From: Chara braunii
Taxonomy: Eukaryota; Plantae; Charophyceae
Assembly (NCBI GenBank): GCA_003427395.1
Contig: BFEA01000027.1
Span: forward strand, 2,146,729-2,210,728
Length of the DNA: 64,000 bases
Direction: 5' to 3'
Part shown: positions 26,801 through 38,057 of the stretch, in pieces
How positions within the stretch are numbered: the first letter of the stretch is position 1
How the letters are laid out: each line of letters opens with the position of its first letter
Translations under genes and position numbers: made by a program
The notes under the pieces: generated by a model
Databases searched by the model: none
What the model was told of the DNA's origin: nothing
What the model saw: only the letters and a program-made list of their open reading frames with translations

Positions 26801-28811
26801 GAATATTTCCAAGACAGTGTGTCAACAAGAAGACCATACGATTCCACTGTCACTGACTTAACCGAAAGATCAAACTTTTGGGTCGACCTAGATGCTAGGC
26901 TGCCAAGATTGGCAATCGAAGAACTAGACAGACTCTTCTCATCACATGAACTCTGATCAGCAGCCAAGCAAATGGCCACAGGTAAGTGCCCAGGGTTGGA
27001 TGGGCTCCCAGTAGAACTGTTTTTGAGCACTTGGGATGCCTTTGACCCCTTCCTATGCCAAATCTTCAACTCAACACTAACATCTGGCTCCCTCCCCAAA
27101 CGCTGGCTTACCGGAGTTATATCCCTCCTTTACAAGAAGGGGGATAAAAAAGAGGTGCGCAACTACAGGCCAATCTCAGTCCTTAATGTCACCTACAAAA
27201 TTCTGGCAAAGGCACTAGCCATTCGCCTCTCCACCTTCCTCCCAAGCCTGGTTGGCCCTGAGCAAGGGGCCTTTGTCAAAGGTAGAACAATCTTCGACAA
27301 CATCATGACCACCATTGACGCCCTAGAGATCATTGGCACCGATCAAAAGAATGTCGCAATCCTTCTCCTTGATATGGAAAAGGCGTATGACAAAGTGGGT
27401 TGGTCTTTCGTATTCACCACTCTATCTCACATGGGATTCGGCAAGGGTTTCTGCTCATGGGTAAATGCTATGTATTTGGGAGCGTCCTCAGTTGTAATGG
27501 TAAATGGAAAACTCTGAAAAGAATTTACTCTCACACGTTCGCTGAGACAAGGGTGCCCCCTCGCTCCCCTACTCTTCGTGTTACAACTCGAAGTTCTTCA
27601 ACATAATATCAGATGCAACAGTCGGATTGCAGGTCTCCACCTCCCCCCATCAATTCATTGGAAAGGGGGAGCATTAGCAGATGATCTCACAGTGGCCTGC
27701 GTTAACGAAAAAGAATCTCTGGAAGAACTAAAAATAGTTCTGGACACTTATTGTGACTTGTCTGAAGCCTCCATTAACTGGAAAAAGTCTGTTTTTCTGC
27801 TTCCACCAGAGTTCTCTCTTTGCGTGGATTGGGGCCGGAAACACATTCCAGCAAACAGCTCCGATCGTTTATTGGGGGTGCGAGTCTCCCGAACAGACTG
27901 TTCAAAGACCCAAGATGCACTACTACAGGAGAAGGTTGCAGCCAGAGTACTTAGTTGGGTACGTAACCACCAGCTCTCACTCTTCGGGAGAGCATTAGTC
28001 CTCTCTGCAGCTGCCTTCTCCATCCTATGGTTCCCTCTGAGTGTACACCTTCTGGGAGAGGAGGCTACACAGAAATCCGTAAGGTTGCTAGCCGGTACTT
28101 GTGGAAACCCACAGCCACCAACCACCAAGGCTTCATCTCCGCAGCGGCCTAATCATGGAAGGCATATGGGCATCTCACAATGCCTGTGTTTTCAAAGGGG
28201 AAACACAGCATGTATGTCAAACTATAAACTCATTCAAGATGGGCTTGAGAAGGACAATCTATGCAGATTGGAGGCAAAGAGGCAGGATCTGGTTCCAGAA
28301 AACCTGGTCCAATACGAAGACGTTTGCCACTATTACTACGGAAGGGAAACTTCAGTTTCCACGTTGGTTGATAACCATGGGTTCTGGGTCTTGAGTTTGT
28401 TACTTCAGTCTGCCTTGGTTAGGCAGAATGGTTGGGGCAGCTGGGTACACAGTATCTAGTTGCGGATTGTTTCCCCTCTATCCTTAGTCAGCTACAGTAG
28501 ATTTCATCCTTTCTTCCTGGTTGCTTCTTGGTCCATTTTTAAGTTCTTTGGCATGAGAATTGTAGATATTGGGACGCTGGACCCGGTTTCCAGCAAGGAT
28601 ACAGCAGGCTATAAGTAGCCTAAACCTGGCAGACAGGCTAGAGGTCTTCCCCTACAGTTTCCCCTTGTGCGAGCTCAATAGGACGCTGGACCTCGTTTCC
28701 AGCAGCTGCCCTCCCCTGGACAGTTCCATGTTCGCTTTCCGGGTTGTTTGTGGAGGATTCCCGGCCTCTACACTTTCTCGAAAAAAAAAAAGAAAAAAGA
28801 AAAAAAAAAAA
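23875..28811 (+). mobile_element. L1/Tx1-clade LINE: putative ORF1 remnant, ORF2, 3' UTR and A-rich tail
   Basis: Basic, low-complexity ORF1-like region 23875-25260; ORF2 from 25529; A-rich tail 28781-28811. Confidence 0.9.
25529..28394 (+). pseudogene. LINE ORF2 (APE endonuclease + RT), multiple stops and an internal deletion
   Basis: WNVRGL, LCLQETK, EDWN, RLDFF, LDHYPV; PGLDG, NYRPIS, DMEKAYD, RQGCPLAP, LADD. Confidence 0.92.
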
Positions 28812-29464
28812 GAACGCCCTGATAATCTTTTCTTAAAAAAGAGCGCCCTGAGAGAGCGTGCCCTCAGTTCTCTCCGTACGCGCAGGCAGAGCTGGCGGCA
28901 ACTGACATAAACCGCGGGAGCGTCCATCTTCCTGTTTGGGCGACGCGGCTGGCTTGTCTGATCTGTGTTTGGGACGGATTCCTACCCGCTACCCGCAACC
29001 CGCTACCAGCTACCAGATACAACCGTAGGGCGCCAGCGGACGGCAAAAACCTCACATCACAGAGGAGACGGTATATAACAAATCATGTGTTCGAATCCTC
29101 CAGAACGAAAAGGAATCAGACAGATAGATGAACAACGTGAAAGGAGGCAAGAAAAAAAGGAAGAGAATCTCGCAGAGAAAGGGCAACGAGGAACACATCT
29201 CTTCCTCCTCTTTATTTTCCGTCTCGTGTCAGTGTCAGAGAAAGACAGCAGAGCCCGAGTGGGGTAGAAGCTACCGATTGATTGGTGAAGAGTCCGCAGC
29301 AGTCCCCAGAACCCCTTTTTTTTTTTTTTTTTTTTTTTTTCAGAACCCCTTCTGCCATGTTTGCCCGAAGAAAAGGAGTAATGAGTGATCGGTGTGGTTG
29401 GTTGGTGAAGGTGGTAGGTCCGAGGCTGCTCGTCGGGGATCTGGCCAGCTTCGCCGGAACTGGT

Positions 29465-29570
29465 CCGGGGTTAGGTCCCACTTACACGAATTAAGCGATA
29501 CTGATCGTAGATAGCAAAGATCAACGTCCAGAATCTCTTAATCCGTGCAAGTGGGACCTTGCCCCGGGGT
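29465..29570. repeat. ~100-bp hairpin element (MITE-like), copy 1
   Basis: ccgggg..aggtcccact ... agtgggacct..ccccgg termini; homologous to copies at 30187 and 40096. Confidence 0.75.
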
Positions 29571-29982
29571 CGCCCGAAGCTGCGAGGCCAGGCGAGTGCC
29601 ATTTGCGTCTGTGGGCAAGGTTGTGCCGCTTGCGTGGCAGAATCCAACTTGCAGCTCTGCGGGCGAACGACGCCCGCACGAACGAGCTCGGGGTCTGGAC
29701 TGAATCTACGAGCAGGGGTAGGCGGGGGGGGCGGGAGGAACAGCAGAGTAAACCGCCGAAGGAAATAAAAAAGAAAAAATTCCTTTTGCAAAATAATACA
29801 ATACAATACAAGTATTGTAATTTTTATATTTTTTTTTTCAAAAGTATTGTAAATTGTAACTGTACGGAAGGGGAAGTGGAGGGAAAGGGGGCGGTAGAGC
29901 TGGGGGGAGGAGAGGGGGGGGCGGGGAGCTGAGGGGGGGGGGAACGGCAGGAGACGGGGCGGGAGGNNNNNNNNNNNNNNNN

Positions 29983-30115
29983 GCTTAAAACCTGGATTGG
30001 ATAGGTGTTTAGTTACAATTCTTGTGCAGATTTAGACAACAAACAAAGTACGGTGAGACAGAGCGTGTGTGTGTGTGCTGTCTCTTATACACATCTAGAT
30101 GTGTATAAGAGACAG
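29983..30115. other. Assembly artefact: Nextera mate-pair junction adapter (30078-30115) plus a 95-bp copy of 48917-49011
   Basis: CTGTCTCTTATACACATCT-AGATGTGTATAAGAGACAG (back-to-back Tn5 mosaic ends) next to an N gap. Confidence 0.98.
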
Positions 30116-30186
30116 GTGTAGGACGGGATAGGAGGGGGCATGTGTAGGACGGGATGGGACGCCAGGGAGGGGTCGCGGCCGTGCTC

Positions 30187-30293
30187 CCGGGGGCTAGGTC
30201 CCACTTGCACGAATTAAAGAGATACTGACCGTCGCTAGCAAAGATCAACGGCCCAAATCTCCTAATTTGCTCGAGTGGGACCTTGCCCCCGGG
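30187..30293. repeat. ~100-bp hairpin element, copy 2
   Basis: aggtcccact...gatcaacgg...agtgggacct. Confidence 0.75.
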
Positions 30294-31364
30294 CTTCTGG
30301 GCGGGCCGACCCGCCGGGGGCGACGAGACGAAGGGCGGCAAAAGGGCGACATGTTTTGTTTGTAGAGCGGCGGGAGCGACATGAGAGAGCAGGGACGGAC
30401 GGACAGAAGGACAGAGGACAGAGGAGGGACGGACAGAGGAGGGAGGGGTAAAACGCAGAGGGGAGGGGTGCGCGGGAGAAGGGAGAAGGGACGAGGGGAG
30501 GGAGCCGGCCGGACGAGGAAGCGGGAGCGCCGGGTGGACCGCGCGAAAAACCATTGGATGGGCGGGGGAGGAGGTGTGTAGGGACAGGAGAGGGCGGGGG
30601 CGCAGTTCCAGACACGAACCGCGGGAAACGCGGAGAAGGCTGTGGGCGGGCGGGCCGACGGGAGGAGAGCGGCGGGCGGGCGGACGGATCGAGATCCAGT
30701 AGACAGGAAGTAGAGCCGTAGAACCTATTGTAACTGCCTCGTCGCCCGGCGACGGGTGGTGGGCTCGGATGTCGAAGCGGGGGGGAAGAAGAACAGAAGA
30801 GAAAAGAGAGACAGAAAGAGACACCCCAGGGAGAGAGAGGGAGAGTTAGAGAGATAGTGATAGAGAGAGAGAGAGAGAGAGCAGCGTGTGGGAGAACAAT
30901 ACAGAGGGAGAATCGGAAACGGGAACGGGATAGAGACGACGCATGTATGAGAACTGAGTGATGCTGTTGTATATGGCGTGGGCTTGATCTTCGACACATC
31001 GATTAATGTGCTACTTCGGTAGTCGGAAGAAGAAACAATCGTTCGCTACCTCGCCGCTGACGGACGGTCACCACTCGCTTGCTCGCTCGTTCGCTCGCTC
31101 GCTCGCTCGCTCGCTCGCTCCCTCTGTGCTTGGCGCTGTCGGGAGACGAACCGACCAAGGAAGATTTTTTTCCGTCAGCCGGTCGTCACTGCTTCTCTTG
31201 CGCACCGTACGCGCTCGCAAGTAATTAATTAGACAGTAGGGATTGCTTTTCTTGTGCGTTTTTCTTTGAGGTTTGGTTAGCGCCGACGGAACATTCTTTC
31301 ATTCATAAATAAATACAGCGATAGCGTACGGACGAACATTCGAACGCTCATACCGGCATAACAA

Positions 31365-31419
31365 GACCGACCGACAGACAGACAGACAGACAGACAGAGA
31401 CAGACAGACGGACAGTTAT

Positions 31420-31453
<34 letters not shown>

Positions 31454-31520
31454 GGATTTGGACATACAATATTCACTCATTCAAACACAGACAGGAACAC
31501 ACGTACATACATACATATAC

Positions 31521-31587
<67 letters not shown>
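31365..31587 (+). repeat. (GACA)n and (GA)n microsatellites upstream of PTEN
   Basis: Direct reading. Confidence 0.9.
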
Positions 31588-31591
<4 letters not shown>

Positions 31592-32492
31592 GAATAGAGA
31601 TTGGAGAGAGAGAGGAGTGGAGTGAAGGAGGACAAGAGTGAAGATAGGTGGGTGAATCAGGTAGAGGGAAGGGTTTGGGAAGAGAAATAGTGATTGGAAT
31701 CTAAGCAGGAGAGGGTGGGAGGTGGTCTTGACGGGTGGGTAGCGAAGAGTAGTTAGGTGTTGTGGTTAGCATCTCTGATGCCTCGAGAGATCTCCTGGAA
31801 AAGGAGAAGCAGAAGAAGCAGGTGTTGGTGGTGCACATGCAGCCAGCAAGCATATAATAAGCCTTTTCTTCTTCGACACAGAGTTTCCCCTCCTCCACCT
31901 CCTCTTCCCCCTCCTCTCTCTCAATTTGCTTCGTCATGTGTTCTTCTACGACCCACTGCTTTTTTTTCTCTCGAGTATAGCGAGCCACTGACCAAGTTCG
32001 TTCATCTTTCTTCTCCTGTCTACCCGCCTCCTCCTCGTCCTCCTCCCCTTCCTCCTCCTCCTTCTCCGCAAGACCACACTTGCCTTTTTTCTTTCTCCTC
32101 CTCCTCCTCCTCCTCCTCCTCCTCCTCCTCCGCCTTCCCTCTCTCTCCCTCTCCAGCGCCTTTCTCCTCCCTCTCTCTTTCTCCACCTGCCTGTCGCCAC
32201 GGCGACCCCGTCTGGTCCCGCTCCCCCCTGTAATCTCTCCTTCCGCATCTCTCAGACTTGCAAAACGGCTTCGCTGGCGAATTCCGTGGGGCTTGCCCCC
32301 TCTAACGGGAGCTTAGGTTGGGTTCTCCGATTTGCTGTCAACTATGGTTTTCTTGCCGTGAATTCCGCTCATCTGAGGTCGCTGGGCCATCTGGGAGCCC
32401 GACTGATTTGGCGGTCGCTCTGCAGCAATTTCCGCTCTTTGTCTTCCCTCACCACGTCAGTCCCAACGGGGTCGAAAATCTCTACCGCGAGT

Positions 32493-32699
32493 ATGCTCCC
32501 CACTGTGTATCTGCGCAAGTGGGTGAGTAAAAAACGGAAACGCTTCATTGCGAATGGCTTCGACCTGGACCTCAGTTATATCAGCGAGAGGATCATCGCC
32601 ATGGGATATCCAGCCGAGCACATGATGGATGTCATGTACAGAAATCCGATGTGGCAGGTTCAGAAGCTTCTAGAGACGCGGCATCGCAATCATTACAAG
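32493..32699 (+). CDS. PTEN1: PTEN1-like exon 1
   Basis: MLPTVYLRKWVSKKRKRFIANGFDLDLSYISERIIAMGYPAE...RNHYK, donor gtgcgt. Confidence 0.9.
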
Positions 32700-34333
32700 G
32701 TGCGTTGTGCTGTCTCCCTCTCCCCCTCCCTCTCCCTCCCTCTCCTTCCCTCTCTCTCTCTGTGTCCTCCGTCTCATTCTCCTATGGCAATTGACGGAGG
32801 TCCTTCCCCTTTCTTCCCCTTCTTCTCCCTCCCACGGAACACAAGCCATCCTTATCATGCATATATGCAATCTTGTCTCTTTCCGGTCCCATACAGAACT
32901 GGTATCCACTTTTGTGTGAGCTATACTGTTAAAAGTCCTGTAATAACTGTTGTGTTTTTCGTTTTTGTTGTCTTTTAGTAAACGTGTTCTGGGTTTTGGG
33001 AAAATGTTAATCCAAGTTTCTTTCGCCGTATCTCCCTTCCTGCCTACTGCCTCCCTCTCTCTCGCTCCCTCTCCCCTCTCTCCCCCTCCCTGCCTCCTGT
33101 CCCCTCTCTCCCCCCTTCCCCTCGCTCTCCCTTTCTTCCTCGTTTTGTCAGCGGTGGCGCGCGTCTAGTTGGTTCCTTCAGTTGAGGAAAAGCAGTGTTG
33201 CCTGAATTTCACGGCACGAGGCACACTGTTCTTCTCTTCGTGTAGTTTAATTGGCTCTTGTGAGACGGGAAAAGCTGCTAGCTACCGGTAGTAGGCTGAT
33301 CCTTGTGAGACGGAAGCTGCTAGCGACCGGTAGTCGACTTTCTCCTTTGCTTTCCGCTTGCTAATTCCCGCCATTGTGTATGCTTCCGGGTTTAATCCGG
33401 CCGTTGTGTTATTTTTCCCTGGCGAGTTCCCGCCATTTTTTATATTTCCCGCGGAATTTTTATATTTCCCGCGGAATATCCCCCTCCGCTGTATGATTGT
33501 CATTCGTTTTCCCCTCTGCTTTTCTCGTTCACTGTTCTTTTTTTCCTCCCTCTTTTCTTTTTCTCGTGTCTTGTCTTGTCGTATGTCTTATGCTTCGTCT
33601 CTTCTCTCCCTCCCTTACCCCACCCCAGCTCTTTATTCATGTCCCCTTTTGTCCTTTTTTCCTTCGCAGACTCTCGTCGCTTTTCCACTCTTCCTGTCCT
33701 TTTCGTTTCCGCTCTTCTTCACCTCTGTCACTGGATCTTCCAGCCATTTTCCATTTTGCCCTCCTCCCTTTCTCTCTTCTCTGTCGGGTAAATCCTTGCC
33801 GGTTCTTCCGCGCACCCTTCCTCCGCCGTGCCCTTTTTCATTTTGCCCTCCCTTTTTCTCCGTTGATCTCTTTTTTTTTTTTTCAATTTCCCGCGGTCAT
33901 TCGCCTTTCTCTTCTCTCGATTCGTCTTGTAGTGTTGTGGTCGCTGATGCAGCTTCTAGATAATGGAAAAGCTCTCAGTTTGTCGGTGATTAATATTTGA
34001 TTAATCAATTAATTAATCAGTCAGCGAAATTAATTGTTGATGCAACGAGTCAATTATTCAGCCGTTCAGTTCAGCCCTCCGATGTTCCATTTGTTTTTTC
34101 TCCGTTTATTTCCATTTTTTTTTTTTTTTTTTTTCTGTCCCTCGATTCGTCTTGTAGTGTCGTGGTCGTTGAGGCAGTTTCTAGATGATGGAAAAGCTCT
34201 CAGTTTGTCGGTGATTAAAATTTGATTAATCATTTAATTAATCTGTCCACGAAATGAATTATCGATGCAACAAATCAATTCTTTTACCGTTCAGTTAGTC
34301 CTTCGATGTTTCGTTTTTTTTTTTTTTTTTCCT

Positions 34334-34373
<40 letters not shown>

Positions 34374-37300
34374 GTCCTTTTCCATTTTCTTTATACCGAT
34401 TCGCACTCGCACTCAAATAATTGTTGGTTCAGGAATTTCTTGCTGGAGTCTCCTCTTCTACCGTCCTCCCCCGAAATAGAATGCCCGTCATTATAGCTGT
34501 ATTTTGTGCAATTTTCAGTCCAGATACAGCTATAATGACCGGGCGTTTTATTCGGCTGAAGACGGCTCTCACTCAACTCGCTCACTCCTAGATTGGGACT
34601 ACGAAAGCAACTAATTAATATCTGCTGATTCTGATCATGTAGCATTCGTTGCCAATCATATGTCCTTTGATTAATTGTCGATTTAGCGGTTTGGAGGTGA
34701 TGTGTAAAAAAGTCCATTTTAACATTGTGATTCATTAATCAATCACTGAAAGGATGGATATATGCAACGAATCAATGATCCAATAATTATGGAATCAATC
34801 AATCAATCAATCAGTGAACCAATCAAGGAGTCGATCAATCAATGAATCAATCATAGAGTCGATCAATCAATCTGATTCAGAGCGTTTTGGCAGTAGGAAT
34901 TTCTTGAGTGTATCTGACCGGAATTGCGATCGAATTCATTCATTTGATTGCAGGAGCCAACCGTCAGCTTCTCTGCCGCTGCCGATATTTTGCAGGAGCC
35001 AACCGTTCGCGTTCTTTGCGCTCTCCTTTTTCTCTTTCTTTTTTTTTTTCGCCGTTTTTTTTTAACCCTCTCTGCGACTCACGTTTCCTGATTGATTGCT
35101 ATTTGTCCTGATTTTTTCTGGAGACTGACGTAGAGAGAGCGTTTTTGGCACTAGGAATTTGTTGACTGTATCTGACCGCAATTGCGATCGACTTCACTCT
35201 GGAAAAAAGTAAGTTCCCTTCCTCGTCGGTTTCATCGCCTTGCCTTTGTCCTCCGCCGTGCAGCATCCTTCGCCTCTTTTTTTTTTTTTTTTCTTTCCTC
35301 AAGTTCTTCGTTTACGTGCACAGGAGTGTGACGCCCTAGCTTTTTTTGGGGGGGGTCCTTTGCGATTTTTCTGCATTCGAGTGTGTGTGTATTATTCGTC
35401 TCTAACAGACCGCCAGGTATCTGCTTATTACTATATTTGCGTTTATTTCCTCTTTTTATCGTTTTGAATGATCATTATTATTTTTCTCGTAAAGAGGAAA
35501 AATAACGACTCCTGCGCGTCCTCGCTGTTGATCTCTCTCTCGTTTCTGCCTTTCGCCCTAAACTGAGATATGCCTTCTTCTTTTTTTCTTTGCTTTTTTG
35601 AAAGGCCGATGGCCTCGATGTTGCTTTCCGCCAATAGTCTGTTTTAAAGGTGTTTTTTTTTCCCCTTTTCCATTGTGCTCTTTTTTAGTCTCTCGTCTGT
35701 TTTTAAAGGTGTTTTTTTTCCCTTTTCCATTGTGCTCTTTTTTAGTCTCCAGTCTGTTTTAAAGTTTTTTTTTTTTTTTTTCCACTGTGCTCTTTTTTAG
35801 TCTCTAGTTGTTTTGCCCTTTGTCTCCTTTCTGCCTTGCTGTCCCTGTTCCTTTTTTTTTCCCCTTGTTTTTTTTTCCCCTTGTTTTTTCCCCCCCCTTT
35901 TTCTCTACGTGTCTTCGACAAGCGAAGGTCTCTACCACCGCACAGTATGATAGCTGCATTTGGCGGTAAAGACCGATGGGGCGTTCTCCATCGGCATGTT
36001 TCCTATTTGGGAAAGTAGAGGTGGTTTCGCAGCGGGTCGATCAATTCGACAAAATCTGAAAGGTGCTTGATTTTGTGCTTTTTTTTTTGGGTACAATTTC
36101 ACACAGAATTTTAACAAAAATCGCTCAATTGAGCGATAACAAATGTACATTTTCCTTTTCTGAATTTGAAATTTTAAGCAAATCATTTAGGTACGATTGT
36201 AAGTAATTTAGTAGGGGGAAACAAAGGAATTCAACGTTCTTTTATTGGGCAGGGCTGCTTATTTATGTGTTCGATCGAATTCGCGATATTGTCATGCGTG
36301 TATATTTAATCGTATTATACTTCTTTTATTGATTTTTATATTATTGATATTTGATCAACTTATACACTGATTCGTCCCTCGAAAACGGTGGTCGATGACT
36401 TTTTTTCTTTTTCTTTTTTTAATGATATTAAAATATTATTAATGATTCATTTTGGGTCGAAAATGGGCTTCTCCCAGGACCACCACAATGCGAGGCCGAA
36501 TGCTGTTGAACGCATCCACTTCTTAATGATAAGGATTGAGAATCTCGAAGTTCTCTCAGTTTGATTTTGCTCCTCTTGTACTTTTCTTCTTGTTTCTTTG
36601 TTTGTGCCTCCTGCTTTTTCCTTACCTCGTTCCTCTATCCCCCCTCCCTCTCCCTTCCCTTTTCCCCTCCCCTCTTCCCTCCCTCTCCCCTCCCTCTACC
36701 CTCCCTCTCCCCTCCGTCTCCACCTTCCCTCTACGGCGAATGCCGTTCTACTTGATGTGTATGTGGCAAAAATGTCTTGGTTCCACCTTCCCTCTACGGC
36801 GAATGCTGCTCTACTTGCTGTGTACGGCGAATGCTGTTCTACTTGATGTGTACGGCGAATGCTGTTCTACTTGATGTGTACGGCGAATGCTGTTCTACTT
36901 GATGTGTACGGCGAATGCTGTTCTACTTGATGTGTATGTGGCAAAAATGTCTTGGTATCTTGCAAATGTTACATTTAGCGATCCGTTGAAGAAACCTCTG
37001 CATATGTTTGTGCCCTTAGGATTTGGCACGCATATGAGCATCCAGAGCAAAGCCGTAGGTGAGGGAAGTGAGAGACCTGCCCCTTCACGAGCATAGTTAT
37101 TGTGTGGTTTACATAATTTAGTCTTTTTTCTTCATTACTTTAGTCCTTTTTCTTCATGGCGATAGGAGGTTGTATATGTATGTGTATGTATATGCATATA
37201 TATGTTTTTTATTGTGTGGTATACATGGGAAGTTTTTGTGAACGTAGTCTTTTTTCTTCATGGTGGTAGGTGGTTGGATATATATTTGTGTATGTATATG

Positions 37301-38026
37301 GATACATATGTTGTTTATTGTGTGGTATACGTGTGAACTTGGTCTTTTTTTTCATGGTTGGATATGAACTTGGTCTTTATTCTTCATGGTGGTAGGAAGT
37401 TGTATATACATTTGTCTGTATGTATATGCATATATACGCAAGAGGTTCTGAACAGGGGGAGTTGTAAGGAAGAAGATATAAAAAATCGAATTCATTCTTG
37501 TTTCTTTTTTTCGCTTTTGCGCTCTCATATTCATGTGATGATATATGCTTAGTTTGTTTTCTACATCGTGGTTCGGAGGTGGTATATACATTTGTCTGTA
37601 TGTATATGCATGTATGTGCTTTGTGTGTACGTATATCTGCAAGGATATATGCGGATATATGCGGATATATGTATTATGTATATGTGTTATTTATGTGTAT
37701 TATGTATATAATACTGTATATATCGTAATAGAGAACAGCCTGTTAAACCGTAGCCAGAGAGGTAGAAGAGGACAACAAACGAGGGGCTGTGACAGACTGT
37801 TCCGTCGCAGTTTCAGCGACTCATCGTGAGAATGAACCCTCTACAGCCTGCCGAGTCCCCTTATACATATCGTCAAATAGAGCTTCCCAGTAAACCGTAG
37901 GCAGAACGGGAGGAGTTTACAACGAACGAGGGGCTGTAACGAACTGTTTTGTTGGAGTTTCACCGACTCATCAGGAGGCTCAACCCTATATATGAATATT
38001 TTTTTTGCATACATATGTATGTGTCC

Positions 38027-38057
<31 letters not shown>

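Noticed and set aside
30078-30115. Tn5/IS50 transposon ends
   Set aside because: Synthetic hyperactive mosaic ends placed back to back; this is the library adapter.
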